From: Ginkgo biloba
Lineage: Eukaryota > Plantae > Ginkgophyta
Assembly: GCA_024626585.2 (NCBI GenBank)
Contig: JANKJI020000002.1
Coordinates: 136,952,242-136,968,551 of the forward strand
Reading direction: 5' to 3'
DNA length: 16,310 nucleotides
Made by a program: the position numbers and the translations under genes. Shown here piece by piece: positions 1-11,170 of the stretch. The notes beneath the pieces were generated by a model. The model saw only the letters and a program-made list of their open reading frames with translations. It made no database searches and was not told the DNA's origin. The stretch's first letter is position 1. Each line of letters starts with the position of its first letter.

Positions 1-2760
1 AAGTGGCATTGCCTTGACTAAAGGCTATGGGCCCAGAAGTCCTCCCAGATGGCACGATAAAAGGCTAATGAATAGCATCTCGTGAATCACTCAATCGCTT
101 TATGAAGATCAACTCTACTCAAGGAGCACTTCTAGCCAATTACCTCAACTATAGGTAGGAAAAAGAACTAACATAACTATCTCTTTTCTATTTGCCTCTA
201 CACCAGCATCATCTTTGAGTGAAAATCTCCCTAATGAAAAGAGTTGGGAACCTTGGCCGTGATCAGTGAAGGTGGTGGAGAAAGATCTCTCTTTGATCCT
301 AAATACACAATAGTATGTCTCTCTAGTTCATGGTAGACTAGGCACCTAAAAATGAAATGCTCTTTGGTCTCGACCGAGTAAAGTTTGGAATGCATTGATC
401 TTGGGAATATAATGATATGTCTTCACTCTGCGCTGATGTAAGTAGATCCAAATTGACCCAATGGAAATCTCAACCTATGGAACTAGTGATATCTAAGGTA
501 GTCCAAGAGGACAATGATACCATTTGCAAGAGAAAGGAAGCATTGGGCATAGATGTTATCTTGGCATTGAGATGTTGAAAGGGTGCAACTGTGTGACCTA
601 AATGTACCTTGGGAAGATATCATCGAAAATATCTCCAATATCTCCTTGGATGCAAGGAGAAGAGGGGGAACATCTAAGGACAATTTGAAAGGTGACAAGA
701 AGTGTACAAAGGTGACCATGGTTTGCATGAGTGTTGAAAGCAGAATGATTTAGTGTTGCCAAAATATATGAACAACAATGGGCTAGGTATGGATACTTGT
801 TCCCCTTGGATACAATATCTATAATGGAGTGGATCTTGTGAAGATAAGATTAAAGTGTAGAAATAGCCTAGAGATGAAGCAAACAAGCATCAAACTCATC
901 TTGAACAATACTAGGGGACAATGTGCTTACAATGTGTGATATGTTGAAGCATCATTGTTTGAGCTCTCTTAATCCATGCCCAATTTGTATACTCAAGGTT
1001 TAGACCCTAGACATTTGATCTAGAAAACACAAAGTTTAACAATGGCATCAAAATGCTACATCTTAGACCCAATGTCCTAAGAATATTGGAAACATTCTCT
1101 CCCCAAAGCTACGAGAGATGCATATTTCTTGCTTAACCTAGAATGTGACAACGTTCTCAAGTAGAAGGAAAAACCTACAAACTAAATACATAGATAAGAA
1201 GATGCAGTAGTGATATCTAAAGTATGCCCCTTGAAGGGGAAGTGAAACCTAGCCAAGGCATCATTTAAGAAGCCATGACCTTAGTCTTACTAGGGTTGAG
1301 TTCCAACCCACTTTTTTCGCAGAAAGAAGCAAGGGAACCTAATTACGTTTGAAGCCCTTCAAGTATAGAGGATAAAATGGCAATACCTTCCACAAGGAGA
1401 AGAACAAAAATCAAGGGAATTTGTAAGAAGTCAATTTCCTCTACATGAGTAGTGTCTCTAGTGTATTGTTCAAGCCCATCAATATAAAGCACCAAAAGTG
1501 TTTGTGATAGGGTACTATTTTGTTCATCTACAATAATGCGTTGAATATCCCTAGAAAATCGATGTGAGATATGGATGCAATAAATCACTGTATCATATAA
1601 TCTCATCATCACTACAATAATAATCTCAAGAATACCAAATGTACAAAGCCATTGAAAAAGGAGATGCTTGGGAACTCTATCAAAGGCCTTCCAAAAGTTT
1701 GTGAAACAACAACAGACTTCGTTAGATCAAAATCTAGAGTGCTTAGTAGTATCTCTGACAGTAAAGATATGGTCGAGTGTCTAATGATACTAGCAAAAGC
1801 CTACCTGGACTTTACCCTTGAAGCCTAACTCTTCACCCACTCTGTAATGATCTAGTATTTATTCCAAATATAACTAGGTTAGTTAACTCGTCTCAAGATA
1901 AAATCAATAGCATAGACAAGTAAATNNNNNNNNNNNNNNNNNNNNNNNNNNNNNNNNNNNNNNNNNNNNNNNNNNNNNNNNNNNNNNNNNNNNNNNNNNN
2001 NNNNNNNNNNNNNNNNNNNNNNNNNTTTCATAAACTCTAATTAAAGGCCTTTGGTTTTGGCAACTTTGCTAGTGTTTAGCTTATTAATGGCCTCATGGAT
2101 AATGGTGGAGACATAAAAGTGGCATGATGTAGGTTGAGTTGACGCCTTGATGGGGTTTGGTTGGGGATATCATATGAAGAAGAGGAATGAGAAATCGAAA
2201 CATGGGGATTTATGAGGCAGGAGTGTTATCCAAAAGAGATTTGGGGAGTTGTTGAGTACATGATGATCTTGTTTCTTTTAGTAAAACAAACCAACATTGC
2301 ATTTGTTGAGGGAGACGATGATGTTCTATGAATATGCTTAGCTTGGTCAAATTTGTGAGTAAGATCATATTTAAGCTTTCAATGAAGGATTTTGTAGTGT
2401 TCCNNNNNNNNNNNNNNNNNNNNNNNNNNNNNNNNAGTGTCCTAGTGTACAAAAAGGCATGGGGAGATGGATGTTATGGGGGAAGGACTTCTAAGTAGAT
2501 TTCTAAATACTCTAGGTAAAGTATTAGCATTTAAGGGTGACTATGGGGAGTGAATATTAGTCTGGAAGGAGAAAAGCAAGTTGTTTGTCATAGGAAACGT
2601 CATAGAAGTGATAAAATCACTTGTTGTATGAGGATGACCTGGTTGCTAAAGGTTACATAAGAGTGTAATCCCAAAAGGGGTGGAATCATATAGAGTAAAA
2701 GCAATAAAGGCATGGTCAACTGGTGTAAGTCGTAGAAAGACATGGAGGCTAAAAATGTGA
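1..2760 (-). mobile_element. Decayed RTE-group (RTEX-like) LINE ORF: end of endonuclease, RT, CCHC finger; runs off the window start
   Basis: Minus-strand motifs in canonical order with stops and frameshifts: PVDHALIAF (~2720; APE SDH-like), IHEAINKLNTSKVA (~2060-2100), CCFTNFWKAFDRVP (~1670-1712), TLSQTLLVLYIDGLE (~1470-1515; QGCPLSPTLF..YID), LLLVEGIAILSS..GLQ (~1350-1400), FKLSLDVPPLLL (~655-690), VETKEHFIFRCLVYHEL (~325-375). Boundaries approximate. Confidence 0.88.
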
Positions 2761-3579
2761 GGTAAAAGCAACAGGTTGGTGACGATAGCAGACTACACTT
2801 TCTCCCCTTGGTCAAATTTGTAATTTTTGTTGTAAGTTAGGGTTATTGTATTTCAATTAGGGTTAGTTGTAATGACTTGGGATTTTTGTAATAGAAAAGG
2901 TTGAAGAAGCTTGCCTTCAAGTTAAAAAATAGTTAGAGTTATAAAATTTAACCTACAAAATGGAATAGGGAATTGATGACATTCCAACTATCTGAACTCT
3001 TGATCAAAACATATTGCCCCTGTACTTAGGACTTCAAGAGGACAATTGGGTTAGCTTGATAATTAAAAATCAAATTTGTGGTTGGTCCAAATGATAATGG
3101 GATAGACAGTATATGCCCTTCCAAGTAACATAGATGATAACTTAGTGCCCTAGCATACCCTAGATTCCTAAGGAATTATTAATTACTCCAAGAACACTAA
3201 TTTTAAGAGCCGATAGTGGTCTAGGCAAGTTTGCTTATTTATTGGTNNNNNNNNNNGCCACAGTGCATCGTTGATGACTGCCAACTAGGCTTTTCCCTTA
3301 TGGAAAATTTCAGGAAGTGAAGACTATTTTTCATGATATCCTTGATCAGATTACGATTTTGGGTTTCATCAAGTATACCTTTATTGGTAAAGATACTTCT
3401 TGTAGACCATAATGACTAGATAGATTTTCCAATACTAGTGCCCAAAGCATCTTCAAAAGCTTCAATTCGCTACAAACTTNNNNNNNNNNNNNNNNNNNNN
3501 NNNNNNNNNNNNNNNNNNNNNNNNNNNNNNNNNNNNNNNNNNNNNNNNNNNNNNNNNNNNNNNNNNNNNNNNNNNNNNN

Positions 3580-4920
3580 TGAGGATGTATTATTATATAG
3601 GCTAGGATTAATATGTGTTCCTATTGGTATCTATCAACCTTAGTTTATTTTTAAGGGAGTACCATTCTAACGTGGTAGGGAAAATTAGACCATGGAATAC
3701 TTTTTGTACTATTTATATTAGAATATGATTCAACTTAATATTGAGAAATTTCTTAGGGCATGTTTGCTATGTTTCTCTTCTAAGACTTATAATAGGAAAC
3801 TTAGGAAGTATCAATAGTTGTTAGTTCTAGATTATTCATCGGAATATATATCCATGGAATTGCTAGGAGGGTTTCCCTTAACTCAATAAGTCCATGATTA
3901 CATATTATAGTAGTGGGAAAGTTTAGTAGGATGGGCATTTTAATAGACCATAAATAGTTTTAACATCATAGTTTTCCAATGTTTACTTACTCATAGATGG
4001 ATCCATTTTGGTTTAAACTTAATCTATTATTTATTATAGATATGGAATATTTTTTAGTCACTTTTAGACATACCTATAGGGGATGATGGATATACAAAGT
4101 TTGAAGAGATCAACTTATTTCTATCCTTAGATAGATGGGTAGATGGAGGTCATAAATAATACTTTAGTTCATGAATTGAGGATATATAACTATGGACATC
4201 TCAATATATGGGATGAGTCCCTCCCCTACATCCCATATAGTTATAATTAGGCACTTCGTTGCTCATGTGCAATTTCTCAATTTGAGGTATGTTTGGAATT
4301 CCTTCCTAATTTGCCTCTTGATTATAATTTTTAATATCTCCACCTACATACTCTTCTTTTGAGAAATAAGGTTATGTTCAGGATACACAACTCATTGATC
4401 ATATATATAGGATTCATAAGTAGATTTTTTATTCCTTGGAAAAAACTCAATCCAAGTATAAGGAGGAAAGTGGCAGGCACCAAATAGATTCATTCATTTC
4501 AAGTGGCAGATATATTATGGATATATATTCCAAAGGAGAGGTTAAAAGATAAAGAGCATAAATTAAATCCTTTGAGGCATGGTCCTTACACCATTATGAA
4601 GAATCACGAGGAGAATTATTTTCACTTAGAATTTCCACCTTACATGGATGCCATCCTATATTTAATGTGACAAGTTGAAGTTTTATGATCCACCATTGTT
4701 AGAAGAGATAGTTATATATTTTCCAAAGCATATAGAGAGGTTATAGTTAAATTTTACATCTTCTCTTCAGGAGAATAATGTCTTCCAATATCAAATAAAT
4801 AAGATAAGGTATTCTAGTATTGACTTTTCCTTATTGAAAAAAGGGTTAATACCCACAACAAGCTAAGTGGGCTACTTTAGATAGGTTGAAGAAGGATATG
4901 ACATGACTTATAAAGTGAGA
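3580..4920 (+). mobile_element. Decayed Ty3/Gypsy (chromovirus-like) pol 3' half: integrase zinc-binding domain, core, GPY/F motif, chromodomain-like tail
   Basis: LLYRLGLICVP; MIQLNIEKFLRACLLC; EYISMELLGGFP; IVVGKFSRM (VVVDRFSKM); WIHFGL; LKRSTYFYP*IDG*MEVIN (STAFHPQTDGQTEVVN); WDESLPYIPYSYN; KLNPLRHGPYTI; KG*YPQQAKW. Many stops and frameshifts. Confidence 0.93.
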
Positions 4921-4941
4921 AATAAGATCCATTACTTTATT

Positions 4942-5115
4942 AAGGGGGAGGAATTGTTGTGTCATAAGGGAACAAGGGGTAATAAGTATCCTTACTTATT
5001 TATTAAGAGTTTTTATGTACCATTAGTTTTTCTCTTAATATGTGGTATGCCACCATTTATGTAATTAGAAGGAAGTTATCTATTCTCCTCTAACCATAAT
5101 TGGGGTTGTCTTACA
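4942..5115 (+). repeat. Polypurine tract and start of the 3' LTR of the Gypsy element
   Basis: AAGGGGGAGGAA at 4942-4953 directly after the integrase end, followed by TGTTG at 4955. The LTR end is uncertain (possible ...TTACA at 5115). No 5' LTR in the window. Confidence 0.65.
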
Positions 5116-5123
5116 TTGAAAGT

Positions 5124-5800
5124 TCAAACACCAAAATCCTTTTTCTTTTGAGCTTGAGGACCTTGATATAATAGATGCTTGAGACTGTATCTATGTTGGT
5201 TATAAACCATGCAAACAGATGGACCTTCCATCCTGCATTTCCTAATATGGTCTTGTGTTAGGATTGCTTTCTTGAAGATTGTCCATTTTAAGCATGTTAG
5301 ATTCAGGTTCTCCATCTTTAAACCAATCTATATTTAATTTGGGGATCTCTTTTTGGTTCTCTCCCTAATCATATGGAGTGTTAAGTAGTTTGTAGAGATC
5401 CCCATCGCTAGCTAACTTTCTCTGTTGGAGCCAATACTATCTTTAATGGGATCTGAGATGATACGCATTAAATTAAGAAGCCGGTTCTATGCCTAACTAG
5501 AAAGTTGTGTTTTCCATTAGCCGAAACCAATCTCTGCTTGACTGAGTTCGCCCTCTTATGCCCAAACCAAGTGTTAATTTTTGAATTGCTGTTTATTATA
5601 ATGTGCAACTATTGGCACAAATTAATCTCATAAAGAAAAGTTCAAAACCACCCTTAGTCTACTGATTCTTGCTCCAATAAAACTTATCTTTGGAGTCCAC
5701 TCTTAAATTCCAAATTGATGTTGGAACAAAGAGGTTAATCATTTCACCCTCAATTTCTACTGTATCTATTGCCCGAAATTAAGTTACATCCTTGACCATT
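5124..5800 (-). mobile_element. Decayed L1-clade LINE ORF2 fragment (zf-RVT region)
   Basis: ORF 5124-5315, WTIFKKAILTQDHIRKCRMEGPSVCMVY....SLKHLL, resembles the zf-RVT pattern W....ILT.DNL.KRG..GPS.C.LC....E...HL. A weak NG..T.FW-like trace lies near 5500-5520. Upstream boundary approximate. Confidence 0.72.
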
Positions 5801-6604
5801 TCAGTATTGCTTCATTTCTACTACATACAATCAAGGTGAATTTGAGAACTCAGCAGCTCACCCAACAGTCACTAATAGGACTATTTAGGANNNNNNNNNN
5901 NNNNNNNNNNNNNNNNNNNNNNNNNNNNNNNNNNNNNNNNNNNNNNNNNNNNNNNNNNNNNNNNNNNNNNNNNNNNNGTTCTAGCAACAATGCAGCCACA
6001 AGGAACAAACCAAGTTGCTTCATTTTTGTAGTTGAAAAGCCTGAATTAAAAATTAAATTAAATTCATACTCGTCCCTACTATTAGGTGAAATCTAAGAGA
6101 TTCAAAAGACAATGTTGACGCATTTTCACCATAGCATAACAGATAACTTGCAGTCTTGTCCTTCATGCTCAATGGGTTGGTTCTTTTCAAGTGAAACATC
6201 ACTTGAACAACCACTCTTAGTCTCCAATTAAGTCTTATCAATACCTTAATCTGATACTTCAACATCATATATTCAAGGTTCACATTAAAGCGCACACATG
6301 CCGAATCTGCCATTATATTTATACATATTTCATTTTGATGGGAATTCAATGGGAAACAAAATTTATCCTGTTTTTAAGAATAAATTCTTTAGTTTCTCAC
6401 TCCAATACACCTAAATTTGCTTGAATTTCCTATCTGGAACCCATGAATGTCTGGAAAGAAAACAACTAAGGCAGTTAAATAAGCATGAACATGAAGAAAT
6501 TGTCCCCATGTGTCGAATACATATAACTCTCCACTTATTGAACAAACATATAGCTACTAGCTGATGAATTATGCTGTAAAGCTCAATTTATCTTAAGAAA
6601 GTGA

Positions 6605-6850
6605 CTAAGATGGAGCACCCAAATATGAGGCCAACCGGAGAATGTCACTGAAAACTCCACCAGCAGTGACTTCTGCTCCAGCACCTGGGCCTCGTACAAT
6701 AAGTGGTTGCTTATTATACCTTGTTGTCGTGAATGCAATGATGTTATCAGAGCCAGACAACTGTGCAAATGGATGCATCTTTGAATATTTCCTCAATTCT
6801 ACACGTCCCTCATTTGTGAGTGTATCCACAACGCCAACGTATCTCAAAAC
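6605..6850 (-). CDS. AK-HSDH: Last coding exon of aspartokinase-homoserine dehydrogenase (HSDH domain C-terminus), 81 aa + TAG
   Basis: Translates VLRYVGVVDTLTNEGRVELRKYSKMHPFAQLSGSDNIIAFTTTRYNKQPLIVRGPGAGAEVTAGGVFSDILRLASYLGAPS*, recognisable as the plant AK-HSDH C-terminus (GPGAG motif, YLGAPS end). AG acceptor at 6852-6851, stop at 6607-6605, 246 bp, phase 0. Only the HSDH part is visible, so the bifunctional form is inferred from typical plant gene structure. Confidence 0.96.
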   Translation of the reverse strand, partial: VLRYVGVVDTLTNEGRVELRKYSKMHPFAQLSGSDNIIAFTTTRYNKQPLIVRGPGAGAEVTAGGVFSDILRLASYLGAPS

Positions 6851-7225
6851 CTTTAGAATAGAACAAAAAGAGACTATATTAAATTTTCTAATGTTAAAAA
6901 CATTGAAATCTGACACATTTAAAATGATTAAAATAATATAGATAGCATACAGAAAGTGTAACACTATAAGCAGAGGATACCACCATCTTGCTGTACATGC
7001 AAATTGCTATAAAATTATACACAAACATCAAATGAAGAATAAAATCCTATCTCATAATGGGTAAAAAGCACTAGCCCTTGAATACACACTACATTAGCTT
7101 TGGGAATAAAGTAGTAAAGTAAAAATCACCATGCCTGTTAGAGCCAGTCTTTTCAATATTCTAGTCTTCACTCGGTCCTACTTCTTGGGCAAAATTAGTT
7201 CCTTCCTATTGAAGTTTTTACTCAC

Positions 7226-7318
7226 CTCACCAGCAGAATCTGCCTCTTCTCTTTTCTTGGCGATTTCATGGTCAAAATTGGGAAGATTATGCATAAAGTG
7301 TTCCACAGAAGTGCTTCC
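7226..7318 (-). CDS. AK-HSDH: Penultimate coding exon of AK-HSDH (31 aa)
   Basis: GSTSVEHFMHNLPNFDHEIAKKREEADSAGE. Acceptor tttttcag at 7320-7319, donor GAG|gtgagt at 7225-7224. 93 bp, phase 0, joins in frame to VLRYVG across a 375-bp intron. Confidence 0.93.
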
Positions 7319-7572
7319 CTGAAAAATCCATGACAAAACATCATGGGCGCATGCAACATGTAAATGTCTTTTCCAAATAAAGCGAAACCCAAATACTAAC
7401 TTTTGGACTAAACTTCCAGTCCCAACAGAAGCAAGCAAATGCCAACATTCTCCAAAAATTTAGACATCAAAATCTAAAAAAAAAGCCAAACAACTGCTAC
7501 AAACATCACGGATATTATCCACCTAGTCTTCTAAATTCATCTCTAGACAGAGATGATGTATACAATAATTAC

Positions 7573-7656
7573 CTGTAAAGGTTCTGGAACAAGGCTCTGT
7601 ACAGGAATATCATGAAGCTCTAACTTCAAACCACACTCCCTTGCAAGAATTATTAC
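7573..7656 (-). CDS. AK-HSDH: Third-from-last coding exon of AK-HSDH (28 aa)
   Basis: VIILARECGLKLELHDIPVQSLVPEPLQ, matching the HSDH segment that follows DVARK (ILARE.G ... SLVP). Acceptor tgcag at 7658-7657, donor CAG|gtaatt at 7572-7571. 84 bp, phase 0, 254-bp downstream intron. Too short for the ORF track. Confidence 0.93.
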
Positions 7657-8279
7657 CTGCATGAAAAATCATCTCCAACATCACAAAATTGAAAAGGACA
7701 AACCCCTCACCAAGAATTTGAATTCGTAAAGTGAACATATATCTGCTTTAAAAATCAGTCTTGGGCAGTCCCAACACAAATAGTAGTCCTTAACAAAGCA
7801 CAAAATGATAGATTTGCAAACATAGTTGCACTGGTTTCACAAAACACCAATGTTTCACCAAGGTAGAAACATCTNNNNNNNNNNNNNNNNNNNNNNNNGT
7901 AAAACGCCTGTACAACATATAAGTTTAAAATCTAGATATAAATGTGCTGATAATCATGTAATACACTTATTTTGAACAACACATAATGTTATTTTTTATT
8001 TTTCACTAAAGAAGTTTCGTATGAGTTTTGAGTTTCCTTCAGATCGAAATAGTTTCAAATATGAAAAAATTGCCCCAAAACAGTTTAGGCAGGCTAAACG
8101 ATGAACCAGAGATGCAACCCTCTCAGAAACAGCATTCCCTACCCTGTACCATGAATAAAGGTCATTTGTTAGCATGCATGCAAAAGGTACCAATGGTATA
8201 AGAGAACTGTATGGTCCTGCAATATGCCATTAAGCAATATTGCCACCACCTAGTCTTTACCCATATGCTAGAATCTGAC

Positions 8280-9150
8280 TATATGATCACCAACAAAGTT
8301 GATATTCGAATTTCTCAACATACTCCCAATACACTTGTCTTACCCATTGTAGACCTATTTAACGAGATTATCTGCACAGGGTTTACCCCTCCTAAACGTT
8401 AAACATAATACACCTGATCTTCAAAACAGGAGATGCATCAGATCCAGGGAACTATCGCACCATCATGATTGGCCACACACTGGCCAAGTTCTACTCCATG
8501 ATCCTAAACACTTGTATTTCAAATTGGCATATAAAGAAGGTTTCAGAGTTAAGGGACAAGCAGGCTTTCGTTAATATCATCAAACTCGACCACATTCTCA
8601 CACTGATAGCCATTATTGAGGAGGCCAAACAAAGACACTTGAAAGTATACCATTGTTTTGTGGACTTTGAAAGGCCTTTGACACGGTTACGAGACACCTT
8701 CTTATGGAGAGGCTCCATCAACTTGGCATCCCAAACACTATCATTGTTACACTTATTGACTTATATGAGCAGGTACTGTGTCAAGCTCGCACTGCACATG
8801 GATTATCTAAAGGCATCCCAAGCACCATTAGAGTCAAATAGGAATGTCCCTTCTCACCTATACTATTTGTCCTATTCATTGATGAGCTTGAGCGGTGTAT
8901 TTGGGAAGCCACACAAGTGGATAATGGGTGCCTTTTACATGGGCTTTGATTGGTATCCTTCTTTTAGCAGACCATGTTGTTCTTCTTTCATCTACTTAAG
9001 ATGGACTCCAAAAATAGCTAGACACACTTTGTGACTGCAAACATGTGGAGGTGAACCTTAATAAGACTAAGGAATGATCTTTAATACTCCTACAAGTATT
9101 GCATCATGCCTCCACTTTACTTTCAAGGACTATTCAATCGAGTACATGAT
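8280..9150 (+). mobile_element. Decayed RTE-group (RTEX-like) LINE RT fragment in the AK-HSDH intron, antisense to the gene
   Basis: DLFNEIICTGF; IFKTGDASDPGNYRTIMIGHTLAKFY; LDHILTL; YHCFVDFE then frameshifted AFDTV; STIRVK*ECPFSPILFVLFIDELE; ILLLADHVVLLSS; EVNLNKTK. Confidence 0.92.
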
Positions 9151-9479
9151 CTGTATCTCACTGGGTGAGTCAAGAGCTCCCAATGTAATCAACAACGAAT
9201 TCTTGGATCAAATTATTTCTTTAAAAATAACAAACATTGTGTTTGAAAGTGCATGCAATCCACCCAACTTGACTTTTGGAAAAATTCAAGAGCAAACAGT
9301 AATTGGAAGCACACAAATTCTTACACTGGTACAAAGTTTAAACATTCTTTGACCGACAGCTAAAATTGTACGAATTTTTCTCAGTTTTCTCTACAAGATG
9401 ACTGTTCTAGAAATTTTTGAAAATCAATTTTAGATCCGAAAATGGCTCAACCCTTGCTAGGTATTTGTGTATGCATATC

Positions 9480-10060
9480 TCCATCTCAACTATTGGGATT
9501 TCATGGATGGGGTGGTATGCAATGCCAAAAATCCCTTAATTACAATGGGTAAAGGGCCATCTAGAGGAATTCTCTTGCCATTAGTCACATACAACTCTAT
9601 GTAGTGACGAAATCCTCTTAAAATATAGTGGTGAAGGGCCATCTAGTGGAATTTTCTTGCCATTAGTCACATATAACTCGATTTTTGCACATAAATGTTA
9701 GGTCTTCAGGCTCCAAAATCTCAACTAAATTGTTTATTAATCTATTCGTAATATGTTCTTATGAAAATGGGAAAGATTAAAAGTCCATTGAATTGTCAGG
9801 ACAATTTCAAAGGTCTATGCGTCTGTATGTACCTACTCTTGATGTTTTTTGGCTTCATCCACATAAAATGGGTTGTGAAGTCCTTAGCTACATTTGTGGC
9901 TAGCCACTGTCTACTTATTGTTTGGATGGCAATGATGTTAGCCTTCCATCCAAACAAACATCTCTTGGAAGCTCTTTTTGCTCGAATGGTTACATGCCAT
10001 CTTAGAGGCCTATACACATTTGGATGGTCAAATAATTCTCTACTATCTAGATGGCCTTTG
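9480..10060. repeat. Array of a short motif (GCCATCYARA) in both orientations, including an 82-bp tandem duplication and hairpins; possibly a decayed CACTA subterminal region
   Basis: AAGGGCCATCTAG(A/T)GGAATT(C/T)TCTTGCCATTAGTCACATA at ~9552 and ~9634 (period 82). 12-bp perfect stem TTGTTTGGATGG (9918-9929) / CCATCCAAACAA (9946-9957). Inverted motifs TTTGGATGG at ~10019 and TCTAGATGGC at ~10046. The repeats are directly seen; the CACTA assignment is inference. Confidence 0.6.
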
Positions 10061-11170
10061 TCTCTTTGGACTTGCTTGAATATTCTTATGAATTGGCTTT
10101 AAGTGTGGGAAGCTTTTTTATGTGAATTTCATTAGGGTATGTTCTTTGTGATTTGTTACTTTTGATGTACTTTTACTAGTAGCTTTATAATTATTTTCCT
10201 CCAATATGTTATATAGTATTTTATCTACAGTTTTGTTTCTAGAATGTGTCCTTTGATCATTAATGGTCTCACTTTATAAGTTGATAGTGTTGTAGAATTA
10301 TCCCCATATTATCACTTGTGATGTAGAGCATGTGCTTCAAATGCAAAGAAGGCACCGCAATTAATATTTGTGAAAACTCATCTTTAGAGTATTCCTTGTC
10401 TATGGCCATATACTTAATTTCTTGTTGTGTTGCTATGATCATAGCCTTATTGTTAGTGACATTTGTAGTTGGTGATTGTTTTCCAGGCATTCAGAGATTG
10501 TAAACTTGTGACTTTTTCTCTTGAAAGTGTTTTCTTCTCCCAAACATCTATTGTTGTTCTTGTGTCTATGGTCCATGCCTTCTCAGAAGGGTAGAGAAGG
10601 ATCTCTTTGATCCTTGTGATTGAGAAGTAGTTTGAATTTTAGATGTTAAACCAACCAAGCTAACTGAATTGTTAAGCATTGCATCTAGGGGTCAGATGAT
10701 AAATTGATGCACAGAAAGTAGTATAATCGAGATGGTCTACACTGTTGGTCGGTTTTTATTTGTGTCTAAAGGGAACTCAAGATCTTAATAAAGGGTTCAG
10801 TGTTTATCATGGCTTCCACTAGACTTTCAGATCTAGATGAATCCTTATATCGAGTAGGCTTCAATTACTAAAGATTTTGCATAGTATGGAGGTTACAACA
10901 ACTTGTTTGTGAGGATATTGCCTTATTTGTAATGTGTCCTTGTTCGAATGTTTGTTAATCTTATTTCTATAATCCTTGTTTTCCTAAGAAATTTTTTTAA
11001 TGTTGTAAATTGCATTGTCTTCTGGCTCTCTCTTGGTAGCGAGGGTTTCTTTAAAGTTCCTTTTTCTAGCTNNNNNNNNNNNNNNNNNNNNNNNNNNNNN
11101 NNNNNNNNNNNNNNNNNNNNNNNNNNNNNNNNNNNNNNNNNNNNNNNNNNNNNNNNNNNNNNNNNNNNNN

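Noticed and set aside
2826-2866. TTAGGGTTA twice, telomere-like
   Set aside because: Two isolated units, not an array.
2770-3480. Possible Gypsy RT/RNase H upstream of the integrase
   Set aside because: No convincing RT or RNase H motifs in any frame I read; left unassigned.
6642-6941. 99-aa plus-strand ORF (also 7131-7322)
   Set aside because: Antisense shadows of the AK-HSDH exons, with no independent evidence of coding.
6851-6964. N-terminal part of the 119-aa ORF, and the non-exonic parts of ORF 7178-7438
   Set aside because: Intronic read-through. Homology begins exactly at the AG acceptors.
7537-7556. Intronic hairpin TCATCTCT-AGAC-AGAGATGA; also the palindrome CCCTTCTAGAAGGG at 13099-13112
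   Set aside because: Short single occurrences within chance expectation, with no second copy to test conservation.
9150-9460. ORF 9074-9352 and possible MITE at the LINE breakpoint
   Set aside because: The ORF is a chimera of LINE and unrelated sequence, and I could not identify TIRs or a TSD.
9918-9957. Hairpin as a miRNA precursor or terminator
   Set aside because: The 12-bp stem is too short for a plant pre-miRNA and is explained by the inverted motif array.
9761-10102. 113-aa hydrophobic ORF
   Set aside because: It runs across the repeat array, with no recognisable domain or splice structure.
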